DNA of 64,000 bases from Antedon mediterranea (GCF_964355755.1 NC_092679.1:7966201-8030200); one strand, 5' to 3'. Positions 36,590 to 49,762 are shown, numbered from the stretch's first letter. Numbers and translations are program-made. The notes: generated from the sequence alone by a model not told the origin.

Positions 36590-38109
36590 TTAGCAAAATT
36601 CATACCATGGTTGACAAAGTTGAGAGATTGGAATTGAGGGTGGAGAAATCAAGAATTCATTGGTGGTTTCATCTGCTGTTGTAGATAGGCGAGGACAGCA
36701 GAGCTGGAATGGTAGTGATGTTCCGTTTACTTCAACGTAGAGGTTGGACAGGATTTCTTCTGTCTTTGTACCTGCTGTGTAAAAAAATAAATATAGACAT
36801 CCTGCTCTCATGACATTGGTTTATGATAAATTGCTTCATGACACTCACAAACATTGATTGCTTAGAGCTATACCTTTCTTATCTTTTTCTTTATCGTTTC
36901 TGTTTTTTATTTCAGTAGGCTTAAGTCCTAAAAGTGTATCAATACTTGCTCCTTTATGCAATGCTGCCTTCCAATCTGACAATGTTTCTATATTTATATG
37001 TTCCTAATGAAACAAAAATGAATTGAATACACATAACATTGAAAAAGAAACAAAAATGTAATGTCAATGAAGTTAAACACAATGTTTTTTTGTTGTTGTC
37101 GGAAGTTTTCGTGGAATTCTTAGCTGTTCATTCACATAAATTTAAACCATGTAATGGAGATATACCTGGATCCTCCAATACCCGGCCTCAATGCACACGT
37201 CGCACACGTGTCGTCGTGTTGGTCAGTCACCACACTCTGGCTCAAAACGACTTGACATTACAAAATAGGTCGCAAAGGGGTGTCTCGAAAACAGAGACCT
37301 CGAAAACAGAGACCAGAGACCCCCACTAAAACGTCTCAATATTACGTTTTAGTGGGGGTCTCTGTTTTTGAGAACTCGAAAACAGAGACCCCCTATACGT
37401 GTGCGACGTGTGCATTGAGGCCGGGTATTGGGGGATCCAGGTATATCTCCATTACATGGTTTAAATTTAGAAAAAAGAGACCCCACTAAAACGTTTTAAT
37501 ATTACATTATATAGGGGGTCTCTGTTTTGGAGTTTTTCTCGAAAACAGAGACCCCCACTAAAACGTCTCAATATTACATTATATAGGGGGTCTCTGTTTT
37601 CAAGTTTTTCTCGAAAACAGAGACCCCCACTAAAACGTCTCATTAAGTCAATATTACGTTATAAGGGGTCTCTGTTTTCGATAAAAAATCGAAAACAGAG
37701 ACCCCCACTAAAACGTCTCAAACTCTGTTTTCGAGTTTTTCTCGAAAACAGAGACCCCCTATATAACGTATTATTTAGACGTTTTAGTGGGGGGTCTCTG
37801 TTTTCGAGAACTTGAAAACAGAGACCCCCTATATTATGTAATATTGAGACATTTTAGTGGGGGTCTCTGTTTTTGAGATTTTCTCGAAAACAGAGACCCA
37901 CCCTGGGCCTGGGTCTTGGTCTCTGTTTTCGAGACACCCGGTCACAAAGTACCAACAAGCTCAGTGTTTGATCGATCCCCTATTTACTATTAATTATATC
38001 CTGCCCAGAGCTGTCAGGGTATTGTGTAGCTACTAGGCGTAATAAAGTTCCAATTATGCCTAGTTCTAGTAAATAACTAATTAGAGTACATTATTATAAA
38101 TACCTCCAT
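36590..38109 (-). CDS. Uncharacterised ~106-aa protein; exons 38104-38109 (tentative), 36874-37003, 36590-36774
   Basis: The last two exons have good acceptors and donors and join in phase: ME-EHINIETLSDWKAALHKGASIDTLLGLKPTEIKNRNDKEKDKKAGTKTEEILSNLYVEVNGTSLPFQLCCPRLSTTADETTNEFLISPPSIPISQLCQPWYEFC*. The family is not recognised and the first exon is inferred. Confidence 0.5.
37278..37939. mobile_element. Foldback Mutator-like MITE built of hairpin repeats
   Basis: TIR GGGTGTCTCGAAAACAGAGACC...GGTCTCTGTTTTCGAGACACCC. 9-10 bp TSD GGTCGCAAAG / GGTCACAAAG. Internal alternating GAAAACAGAGACCCCC and GGGGGTCTCTGTTTT units. Confidence 0.8.
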
Positions 38110-39559
38110 AATCTTATAGTCTAGTAGGAAGGAGGGGTTACCGTGCACCCCCATGATGTATTTTTTTAATGTACATTTTTGTAATCCTGAATATATGTAA
38201 TTAACATTTTTTGATGTTCCCAAGACGAAATATTGTCCCATGGGGTTTTTTGGGGGCCATTTTGGTGGCCATCTTGGATTTATCAAAATCATAAATATAG
38301 ACGGTACTTGACAAAGACTGATCATAGAGGTCTGATTTTGGTCTTAAATTGTTCAGAATATGCACATTTCTATGTACTATAATGACAAGTTTTTGTTCAA
38401 AATGGCCGTAAATTCCACTTTTGACCTTTGACCTTGTTTTTACATAAGGGTCATATCTTAGTAACCCCTGGGCATAAAGATTTTATTTTTGTATTAAATG
38501 GTTCAGAATATCCATATTTATATTCGCTTTAATGGAACATATTTTTAAAATTTGACGGGAAATATCATTTTTGACCTTTGACATTATTGCATAACGATTT
38601 TCGCAATAATTTAGGTTATTTTTGTATTCGACCTATATCTTGACAACGAGTGATCATAGAGGTTTGATTTTGGTCTTATATTGTTCAGAATATGCACTTT
38701 CCTATGTACTATAATAAAACATTTTCATACAAACAGACCGGAAATACGACTTTTGACCTTTGACCTCGTTTTTACATAAGGGTCATATCTCGGTAACCAA
38801 TGGTCATAACGATTTTATTTTTGTTTTAAATTGTTCGGAGTATCCATATTTATATTAGCTTTAATGAAACATATTTTTGAAATTTGATGGAAAATATCAC
38901 TTTTGACCTTTGACATTATTTCCACCCGAGGGTCATATCTCGGTAACCCCTGGTCATAAAGACTTTATTTTTGTCATAAATTGTTCAGAATATCCATATT
39001 TATATAACATTTAATGAAATACAACTTTTTGAAATTTGATGGAAAATACAACTTTTGACCTTTTACCTTGTTTCCACCCGAGGGTCATTCATATCTCGGT
39101 AACCCCTGGTCATAAAGACTTTATTTTTGTCATAAATTGTTCAGAATATCCACGAATGAGGACCTCAATTTTCACAGAATTCTTATATAGTAAGAATGTT
39201 TCTGTTTTCAAAATAAAACTATGTATATGTAGGTCTACATAACTACTCATTCAAAACCCATTTATCAAGTTACTGCAATAGATGTTCAGTCATCGTCCAC
39301 CTCAAATTCAATTTCTTGTTCATCATCTTCATACTCTTTCAACTCCATGGTCGTTTTCTCAACTAGATCAATAAGATGGGCTGAAAGAATAGGACTGCAT
39401 GACCAGACTGTCCTGTCACCATGCCCTTGTAGTTCATTCATACTAGTGTGATATCTTGTTTTAATGATTAAATGACAGTTTGGCACGCCCTACATAAGAG
39501 GAAGTGCCTTCATCTAACCCTCTAAGGTCAAATGTATAGAGGAAATATTCCTGGTCAAC

Positions 39560-40047
39560 TTCATGATATACAAATTTATGTTTCTGTCAAGCCCCGTCAG
39601 ACTGAGATTCTGACCGCCGTAACACGTTTAGAAGCATGCACTGCTGAGATTAGGACATGGATGGGCTTAAACTTCCTTAAGCTTAATGAAAAGACCGAGG
39701 CGATCGTATTTGGAGTGGAGTTGCGTGTTCAATTTAAGATCCTGCTGGTGCTCCGATGCATAAATAGTTGCGCTCTCAAATACCTCTCAGAATGACAATC
39801 AATAAGAGAAAGCGAGAACTAAGATCTAGTCATCATGTGCTACTGGACATTCAGAGGCGCAAACATAGTTGGGGAGATCGGACTTTCAGTATTGCTGGAC
39901 CTACAGTAGGTTCTGGAACCACCTATCTTTGAACATTAAACAAACATCATTATTGAGCACCTTTAAGTCACTACTCAAAACTCACATTTTCTGATATTTT
40001 TGGTAGCACCATGAGCAATGACTGTTGGAATGGCGCTATATAAATCG

Positions 40048-40082
<35 letters not shown>
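39560..40082 (+). mobile_element. L2-like LINE 3' fragment nested in the Academ-like element
   Basis: DIQIYVS...RLEACTAEIRTWMGLNFLKLNEKTEAIVFG...RVQFKILL, then ...FKSLLKTHIF, ending in a (GATT)n tail. Confidence 0.75.
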
Positions 40083-41039
40083 AGTAGTAGCATCTTCTAA
40101 CTGCTTAGTATTTATTGTATTACTGTACTGAATGTAAATGGCTGTAGACAGGCAGCCCAGATACATTTGGTTAGATGAGCTAGGTACCAATATCTGACTA
40201 TTTAAATGTGTTAATTGGAGGTCACTTGAAGTCAATGTAAAAGGAAGTCTGTTGGGTACCCCCTGCTGCGTCTATACCGAGGGACATGAAAGGTGCTAAC
40301 AAATCGGCACCAATTAGATGAGAGAGATACCACCTAATTTCACCACCATGGGATGCCCATTTGCATCCTATATACCAATATCATATCACCAAACATTTTG
40401 TCCTCTGCAATAGGCCCACCAGACCACCCCCCCCCCCCCGAGGGAGGGCCTACAAATGGTGATAGCATAGCTGAGTGAGGTACCACTCAAAATTAATTCC
40501 AAATGAACAAGTTATGTTCATACAATACTAAATGGGTAACGACAGACTAATTGTCTGCTGCACCGCAAGTGCCAGACACCCTAAAGTTCGACTAGAGACC
40601 CGCCTTCCCACAAATGGCCTAGATTAGATATTGTAGATACCACCAGCAACCAATGTTATATGATTTAGCACATTGTAAGGAATACCAAATGACCTCTATT
40701 ACAAACTATCTGTACACTGCCTTGGCCCTGGCAGACCCCTCTAAATTTTGACTAGAGACCCTCTTCCTCCAATTAGTCTAGCTTAGATATTGTAGATACC
40801 ACCAGCAACCAATGTTATATGATTTAGCACATTGTAAGGAATACCAACCTATTACAAACTATCTGTACCCTGCCTTGGCCCTGGCAGACCCTCTAAAGTT
40901 CGACCATAAGTATACCGTGCGTAACCTTAGATATTGTAGATACCACCAGCAATCAATGCCAACATTAAAAGTTTTTCGGAGATTATGGCCTTGTGAGAAA
41001 CACTCATCCACTAAATATAAAAATTTGGGTCCGATATTG

Positions 41040-41350
41040 GTCTTTACGTTGTTGCTGTACCAAATGATGTTTCTCTTTCGGGTTTTCTTTTTGGTTGCTT
41101 GTTCAGGTGTAGCTCATGTTCATATCCATTATTTCTAAGTGCTTCTTGGTACTGAGGTATTGCTGCATTAAACGAATTTTCATCGGATGAGATGTTTGAG
41201 AGTTGTTTATTTATTGCTAGTGGTATATTGCGTAATTGATGGCCGATGATTACTTTCACGATGTACATACAATGGCGTATTGTTTGGTTTGGTGTATATG
41301 GGTGGAAGGTACCTGTCCTCAGATCGAGTGTTATGTCAAGAATACCATCC
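41040..41350 (-). mobile_element. Penelope-like RT C-terminal fragment
   Basis: LDITLDLRTGTFHPY...NIPLAINKQLSNISSDENSFNAAIPQYQEALRNNGY, frameshifted. Confidence 0.7.
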
Positions 41351-43070
41351 ACGTGTAAAATACAATTATCCCCTTTTCTTTCCCTAAATTTTCCATTATT
41401 TAATGAAGAATAGAATTTGATTAGAATGCATTTTTGTAGCCGTCTATCAGTACTGTTTCCAAAATAAATTAAGATTATGAAGATGTTGACATTAATTTTG
41501 TTATTGTCTCTTCCAATTGGACAATAAACACATTCTATTGGATAAAAGTTGTTTGCAGACCTAAAAGTAGCCACCTTTAATTATGAATAATTATGTAATG
41601 AAACGTGTTATCAGACGCTTTTTTTTTATTATTTATCAGATACTTTTTTCTAATTTGAGAATTGTTAAGAATTCTCGCATTATATGTAAATTATATTTAA
41701 ATAGGGGTCAAAGGTAAAAAAGACATTTATTGTCAGTTTTTGAGGATAAATCATCATTAGAGTGGATAGCATGTATATTCAAAAGTTTTTTATAAAGTCT
41801 GTAATTTTCCCTTTTTCTCAGCATGTTGTTATTTTATTTACATCTTTTAAATTTATTTTTACTTTAAAACAGAAAAAATTCTTACTGTATGAGAATTCTG
41901 TGGAAGGTGTTAAATGTGACAATTGATACGGATAGTAACATTTATGATCATTGTTTTAAATAAATATTCATTAGAGTGGATAGAAATATGTATGTTTTGA
42001 ACAATCTTAGACAAAAAAAAATTGTTACCGAGATATGGCCCTCAAGTGAAAATAAGGTCAAAAGTTGTATTTCATTAAATGTTATATAAATATGGATATT
42101 CTGAACAATTTATGACAAAAATAAAGTCTTTATGACCAGGGGTTACCGAGATATGACCCTCGGGTGGAAATAATGTCAAAGGTCAAAAGTGATATTTTCC
42201 ATCAAATTTCAAAAATATGTTTCATTAAAGCTAATATAAATATGGATACTCCGAACAATTGAAAACAAAAATAAAATCGCTATGACCATTGGTTACCGAG
42301 ATATGACCCTTATGTAAAAACGAGGTCAAAGGTCAAAAGTCGTATTTCCGGTCATTTTGTATGAAAATGTTTTATTATAGTACATAGGAAAGTGCATATT
42401 CTGAACAATATAAGACCAAAATCAAACCTCTATGATCACTCGTTGTCAAGATATAGGTCGAATACAAAAATAACCTAAATTATTGAGAAAATCGTTATGC
42501 AATAATGTCAAAGGTCAAAAATGATATTTCCCGTCAAATTTCAAAAATATGTTCCATTAAAGCGAATATAAATATGGATATTCTCAACAATTTAAGACAA
42601 AAATAAAATCTTTATGACCAGGGGTTACCAAGATATGACCCTTATGTAAAAACAAGGTCAAAGGTCAAAAGTGGAATTTACGGCCATTTTGAACAAAAAC
42701 TTGTCATTATAGTACATAGAAATGTGCATATTCTGAACAATTTAAGACCAAAATCAGACCTCTATGATCAGTCTTTGTCAAGTACCGTCTATATTTATGA
42801 TTTTGATAAATCCAAGATGGCCACCAAAATGGCCCCCAAAAAACCCCATGGGACAATATTTCGTCTTGGGAACATCAAAAAATGTTAATTACATATATTC
42901 AGGATTACAAAAATGTACATTAAAAAAATACATCATGGGGGTGCACGGTAACCCCTCCTTCCTACCCTACTATTAAACAGCATGGAGAGAAAGGGAAAAC
43001 CGCGGATTGCTATATATACTCATTCTTAACTTGTGATATATTCTTTGGTACAACAATCGTTCGTTCGTAG

Positions 43071-43603
43071 GATTCAGGGACGATTCGGCCCTGAGACGAT
43101 TCGGCCCGGGACTATTCGGCCCACTTTTAGTGGGACGTTTGTGGGACGTTTCCGAAACATCCCACTTTGTGGGCCGAAACGTCTCACTTTAGACCAAATT
43201 CATATCATTGATATTGACAATGTTGACATAATATATATAATAAATTACTAAGAAAACGTCATTTTATATTCAATTTATTACTTCGAAAACCTTGTTTATT
43301 TCGTGCATTCGCCAAGCGGCCAACAGAGGGCGTAACTTGTTTACATCGTTTGCGTGACTAAAAAATGATCATTTTCGACAATGTTTGCTTTATTGCATCT
43401 TTATTCCTAGTAGTAGTACTACCCGGCCGTACTACCCTATCGTCTCTCTGAAATTAACGATTGGGGAAAAAGCTTATTTTATGCTTATATAAAATGCATA
43501 TCAAAGCCGATAAATTTAAGTGTGCCGAATCGTCTCAGGGCCGAATAGTTCCGGGCCGAGTAGTCCCGGGCCGAATCGTCCCAGGGACGAATCGTCCCGT
43601 TAC
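43071..43603. mobile_element. Mutator-like MITE (GACGATTCGGCCC 15-bp repeats) immediately upstream of MRPL4
   Basis: Inverted terminal arrays with 9-bp TSD CGTTCGTAG (43062-43070 and 43604-43612). Same family as 55735-62350 in the opposite orientation. Confidence 0.85.
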
Positions 43604-43644
43604 CGTTCGTAGGCTAGGTCAGTGTGTCATGTTTGGAGGCCAAA

Positions 43645-45983
43645 ATGTTTGGAAGAATTGTGAAGATGACCTCAAATATTGCCTTTGATTTAAGTACAAA
43701 TGTACTACGAAATCAAACTCGAGTAAGCTTTGTAAATTTACTAGCCTGGGCGCGCGTAGGAACTAGTAATAATAACTAGTTGATTATTAACTATCTAGCT
43801 AGGCTTGATTGGGCTAGCTAGCTAGGCCTAGCCTAGTAGGCTATACTCTGTAGACCTTTTTACTTAGCAAGAGACCCAGGACTCGACCGTGAACGATTCG
43901 GCCCGGGACGTTTCGGCCCTGTTTAATAAATATTTATTTTTGATTGATGATTTATTTTATTCTTTACTAACTGCTGCATGATGTTGGCATATTCATTTGA
44001 AATTTGTATTGAAAATGTAAAATTAATTATCAATGAAATACATTCATAATTCTAAGTTTTTATATATTAATTATATTCAAATTCTAAATAAAGATAATAC
44101 ATACCTTAAATAATAATCTTTTATTTAGACAACCATATCATCAAATTCTGCAGCGGTAAATTCATTTTTAGTATTGCATCGTCAAATCACAACAAATACA
44201 ACAACAGAAACAAGCTCAACTTGTAAGTTTATGCTTTATAGATTTATTGCATACATTTATTTTATAGACTGTTCAATATGTATTAATAAATATCATGTAC
44301 ACAGTTTTGTTGGGTATACTGTAAATCATAATGTGTGTTTCAATTGTTTTATTCTAGCTTTACCTGTAATTGAACCATTGATAACTTCAAGACATTTTCC
44401 AAGACCACCTTTGATAGAAACACCACAAACCTGGATTGAGACGCTCAACACAGTGCAAGATACAAAGTTGGGATTAGTTGATCTACATCCTGATGTTTTT
44501 GCTACAGAACCACGGTATTTGGTTGATCACTTTATTTTTATGATTTATTCTTATCCAAATGTTAAAGTTGCTTAATCTTTTTATGACACAACATACGAGT
44601 ACGTTTCTTTTTTAAATTAGGCTTGATATCCTTCATCAAAACGTAAGATGGCAGCAGTCTTATAAGAGAATAGTAAGTACTTGTCTAATCTTATAAAATA
44701 GCCTTGCATTTCAATTGTGGGGGAAGTAATACCAGTATTTTGAAAATGTCTGCGTGTATGGGACCATTTTATTACATTTCATTCTTTTGGATCCATTGTT
44801 TAAAATATTATCAACAGCATTTTATTTCTTTAATTAGACACTTATTTTTCTTTTTATAAAAAGAGTTTTGCAAAAGCGAAATCAAGGGCAGAGAAAAGAG
44901 GTGGAGGGAGAAAACCATGGAGACAGAAAGGTACTGGGAGAGCCCGTCATGGAAGCCTCAGGTCCCCAATATTTAAAGGAGGCAAGTTTCACAAAGTTGT
45001 CTTGTACAGTATAACATTAATAGAAAGTATATTTGAAATTAATTAGCAAAATTAATGTTCATAATAATAGTTTATTCTTATATAGTGCATATAGGCAAGC
45101 TATCAATGCGCTGTACATAAATTAAAACAGACGAGAAGTTGCAATAATTATTAACAAAATAAATGTTGAATTACAGGAGGAAAAGCACATGGTCCTCGAG
45201 GACCTCAAAGTTACTGGTACGTTTTACCGACAGAAACACGAGCAAAGGGTATGCGCATTATGTTATCAATTAAACATGCTCAGGATGACCTTCATATTGT
45301 GGACTTTCTAGATTTACCATCATCAGATCCAGAGGTAATTATTATTATAGTTTGTTCTTAATAAGTTACATGTTGTAGGAGCCATAACCAAATATGTGTT
45401 TATAGCAACACTTTTTATTCAAACACTGTACCATAAATTATAATTTGTATTTATTACAGTATCTGGTTGATATTGCAAAAGAACGGTGCTGGGGCTCCTC
45501 TGTTCTATTTGTCGACAGGTAAGATTAGTGTTGTTATTTTCATTTGAAAGCTGGAGTGTGCAGTGCAATAAAAAACACATTTCCTACACGTTGTCTCTCT
45601 CTGGTTGGTTGTCTTTAATGCAAATTACACATAAAATGTTATAATTGTCCTTTTCTTTACAGTAAACCATTGGAAGAGATGCCCAAGAATTTTATAAATG
45701 CAATTAATTGTGTTAAATCTTACAATGTTATGACATTAGAAGGTAAGTTGGAACAGTTTTACTTGGTAGTGACATTATTCTATCACTATCTTTTTGTAAT
45801 ATGTAACTTCTGTAATTGTTTGCAGGTTTAAATGTGTACAGTATGTTGAAACACAAGACACTGGTACTAACATTGGATGTTGTAGACAAACTTGAAGAGC
45901 GGTTGTGTTACTATGAAAATTGCTTTAAAAATAAATATCAACAGCAGTTAAAGAGCATTATACTGTCACAAGATTTATCTTAA
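43645..45983 (+). CDS. MRPL4: Mitochondrial ribosomal protein uL4m; exons 43645-43722, 44129-44222, 44358-44514, 44621-44672, 44864-44981, 45177-45334, 45460-45518, 45663-45742, 45826-45983
   Basis: [78 protein letters not shown] and [16 protein letters not shown]. The first two exons (transit peptide) are less certain. Confidence 0.95.
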
Positions 45984-46986
45984 GCTTTCAGTTTTGTATT
46001 TTAAAGCCCTCCATGTGTCATCTATATAGTAATGTATGCTTTATATTCATTTTTGCGATGGCTAAAACTATATTAAATAATTGACTTGGAAAGAATTGTT
46101 TTATAGTTGTTTGTTTATTCTTTTACAATATTGAAAACTCTGCAGACAAACAATCCTGTGAAGATCTTAAAAAGTATAATTAAGTATATAATGAAAGACA
46201 CAGAAAGATATGGCATAATCTATATTCCTAAGTTCTCATGCTAACACTATAATATACACATGAACTTTAAACTTAGTGGGGAGGTGTTATAGATTGCGAC
46301 TACTGTCTATTATAGCACCACCTATACTCGGTGGCAAACAGATTGTTACCTAGTCTGGGCTCCAGATGGAGTTTTTTCTTAATATTAGTAAAAATATAAA
46401 TATTTTTGCACATATGGCATTTCATACGTGTATTACTTGAGTTTGCATTTTCAGACAAAAATCGCGGTCGAAATAAAAACAAATAAATAAATAAAAAAAA
46501 CAAACAATACAGACTTGGGGCAAGTCTAATTGTTACCATACTAAAAGAGAAAGTAATCTTTACGTTTATAGTTTGTAGTTCGGAATAAAGTTATTGTTAA
46601 CCCATGTATATACTACTGTATATTCATTTTGCATTCTTGAGTTCCAAGAACATAACACTAATAGTCTAAACAATCAAAAGGTAAAGTCTAAAGTTCCATA
46701 TCCAGTATTGCTTTTATTTTTTAGCTTACAAAAATTTCAAAGTGAAAGGGCTAGTGTATAACAATATCAATGGCCATACAATTTTATTCTTGATTTGTTT
46801 TTATTTTAATAATTTGTCAAAGTACTTTTATCAGAGTGCGATTTTATTTTACTTGCCCATGCAAGGTATAATATAACCAGATATCAAGGCAGAAAAAGAC
46901 TGTGCGAAGCATGGGTTACTGCTAGTAAATTATTATTACAACTACTGTATATTGTTTCAGTAATTAGTACAATTGGAATACTGATG

Positions 46987-49762
46987 TCACAGATCATTTT
47001 CCAGTATTTCTTCATCCACAAGATTTGCTCCTGAAAACAAGATAATAAACAATATTATATACACCTGTGTGCATCCTTGCCATTTTATTGGTTATTTAAA
47101 CATCATGTGTATTAGTTTTATGGATGTTCAGCTTTTTGCTTTTTTTCTGCCTTGCAACTTTCATTATTTATACACTATCCCACAGTGAGAATCATATTTT
47201 TCATAGATTAACATCATGTTTTGTGATTTATTATTCTTTTCAAACCTTTTTACATTCAGATATCTCCACTTGCTTGAGTATTACCTTCTATCAGCTTTGT
47301 ATATGATGCTTCCATTGTGTTTAACTCGTGTATCCAGCTTAAATAATAAATGCATAAAAGTCATATTTTATTGCAACTGGCCTGCCAAATGGGGGTTTTC
47401 AAGCAACATTTGAGAGAACTTCTCTCCCCCGCACCCAACCTCTTAGGATTTTGGATGCTAATAAACTTAACACACTGATTTTATTCATTTTCAATACTGT
47501 AATTTCTAATTAAAACTAAATTATGAATGAATTATAATATGGAAAAAGACCACAAGAACCTACCATATAAGAATAACCGGAATTACAAGTAGTATTGCCA
47601 TGGTAATGAACACAAATCCACCTTCTAAAATCATCAAAGTTGCTGGATATAAAGCATTAAATATCACAGATGCCAGTGATACAGTCAAAGTTTCCAATGA
47701 TGCCATGAATGAAAATAAGCTGCCTGTATAAAGTAAAAATAAAATCATAATCATTAAAATTTAGAATCCATTTATAACTAAGCCACGATTTCAACCAATT
47801 CATGTCATAGCGAGAGGTTAAAAACAGATGAGGCATAGATGCTTTCAATATAATTATTAATATAAAATATGACAATCTTTGCTGGAAAATTGGGGGGTGT
47901 GGAGAAAATTTGTGAGCTCTGCCTCATGCTGGCTTACGGCCCTGCAATTATTACTTACTGTATCAGTTACTACAGAGACTCAATACATATAAATAACTCT
48001 ACCTTGTTCATTTTGTCCTACAATTTTTGACATCATGGATCTTGATGTTGAAGCTGGTATAGCAGAGGTTGATGCTAACAACGGGACTTGAAAATAAAAG
48101 GATTGGCAAGTTTAAAGCTCTGTCTACACTATCAAACTAGTTTGACAAAAAAGTGTGATGTGCCCAAATATAGTAGTGATATTCCCAAATATGGTAGTGA
48201 TATGACATCATCATGTCCATATATGGGCACATCACATAAAGTTTGATTGTGTAGACAAGGCTTTAAGAAAATTGGCATAAAAAAAACTATAACCACAGGG
48301 TCCTGATAAGATGAATAAGAATTTACAGATCCATATGAACATACCTAAAAACACCATCCATGTGGTACGTGAAAAGGCTAACAGTGTATAAGCACCCATT
48401 CTCATGACTACACCAATAATGATGAGTATGGTATCTTTGTAGCTAATGTTAAACCAATGCAGCAAAGGAATACAGGTTAGTAAGACTAAGCTTACAAGTA
48501 GATTCTTAGTAGCTGAATAGTAACCTAAAACAAAATTCAGACCAGTTATATGTTATACCATTTATTTTAATATATATATATCCATCTGCTTAAAATGTTT
48601 AAGTTCAAACTTACTGATAAGTGTAGCAGACCAAGCTAATGGGTCCTTCTTAACATACAAAATGAATGTATCATTCTCTCCTGAAAAGAATTAACATAAA
48701 TTTACAATGCAATCAATTTCATGAAGAATCATAGTTGAATATAACAATATTGATATACAGGTAATATAATAATATAATAGGAATTGTGGGATTGAATGCC
48801 GTCATTATTTGACAATTACAGTATATATTTACAGATAGAATATTATATTTTTTACCCGATCCAACAAGTTGGAAAACAAATAAGCATATAATCAACATCA
48901 CCAACTGTCCTCTTTGTTCAAATGGTCTTTTCTTTCCAACAACAATCAACGATTCTTTGACATTATTCAACCTGAATAATTCTAAACAAGCAATTTGTGT
49001 TGATTGTTCTTCATCATCAAGATTTTGATTCTCAAATATTTGTGAAGTGGCAGTTCCCTCTGATTTGTTCAATTCCTTTGCTTTTACCGATTCGCTTATA
49101 AAGAAAACTATGTACATTATAACACAAATATTACAAACAATGTAATAGATAAAAACGGCAGGAAAGCCAAGCTGGTCTATGACAATTCCACATGTTAATA
49201 GGCCCAGAAAACTTCCAAGAAATGTCATCGCTTCAAGAAGACTGTAACGCAATGTTCTCGATTCTTTTTTTGTCACATCACCAAGGTAACTAAACACGGA
49301 GAATGTCAACGTGGCATATGCACCACTGAGGCCTAAACAAATAGTTCCAAGTAATAGCCACGCTAAAGGTGCATAGATAAAGAATGATGAAAATACAAGC
49401 ACTAAACCATTGATTATTGAACCCACTGCTGGAGCTATCATGGTCATTTTTCGACCAACTTTATCTGACCAACGTCCAAGAAACATTGAGGAGACAACTG
49501 TAGGTATTGCGAGGGCGATGTTGATGTATATCAACCAATGAGATGTTTGTTTCTGGACAAAACTTTCTTCTGTTTTGTAGAAACTTAGATTGTTACAAAC
49601 AACTGTATCATTGTATTGTATCATACAGACTTTATAGTAAATTAACTGTTGCAGTGAAGAGTATTGTAGGAAGGAACCAAGCATATAGAGAAACATAACA
49701 GGTTCAACTGTGATGGATCTTAATGCACCAATGGTCCACCTCCTATACGAGTTCATATCCAT
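46987..49762 (-). CDS. SLC46-family MFS transporter (PCFT/SLC46A3-like); exons 48856-49762, 48615-48680, 48345-48524, 48003-48086, 47564-47723, 47285-47337, 46987-47030
   Basis: ITVEPVMFLY, YYKVC...C, VQKQTSHW, LGRWSDKVGRK, FSYLGD...RTLR and RSMMSKIVGQNEQGSLF. About 12 TM segments and a C-terminal YTKL motif. Confidence 0.92.
48116..48262. mobile_element. PIF/Harbinger-like MITE in an SLC46 intron
   Basis: TAA|AGCTCTGTCTACACTATCAAACT...AGTTTGATTGTGTAGACAAGGCT|TTA. Confidence 0.75.

Larger units (their letters stand above)
38117..42972. mobile_element. Academ-like non-autonomous DNA transposon with ~1-kb TIRs
   Basis: TAGT...ACTA termini with 3-bp TSD TTA. 38124 to ~39050 is a near-perfect inverted copy of ~42050-42965, and the ORF track gives the same peptide on opposite strands. 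TIRs contain internal TGACCTTTGA repeats. Confidence 0.8.

Noticed and set aside
40090-40500. SINE-like GC-richer segment inside the Academ-like element
   Set aside because: No clear A/B boxes or termini, so the family cannot be assigned from sequence alone.
38077-42976. Identical MISLCQVPS... ORFs on opposite strands
   Set aside because: They are the two arms of a transposon TIR, with no coding signature.
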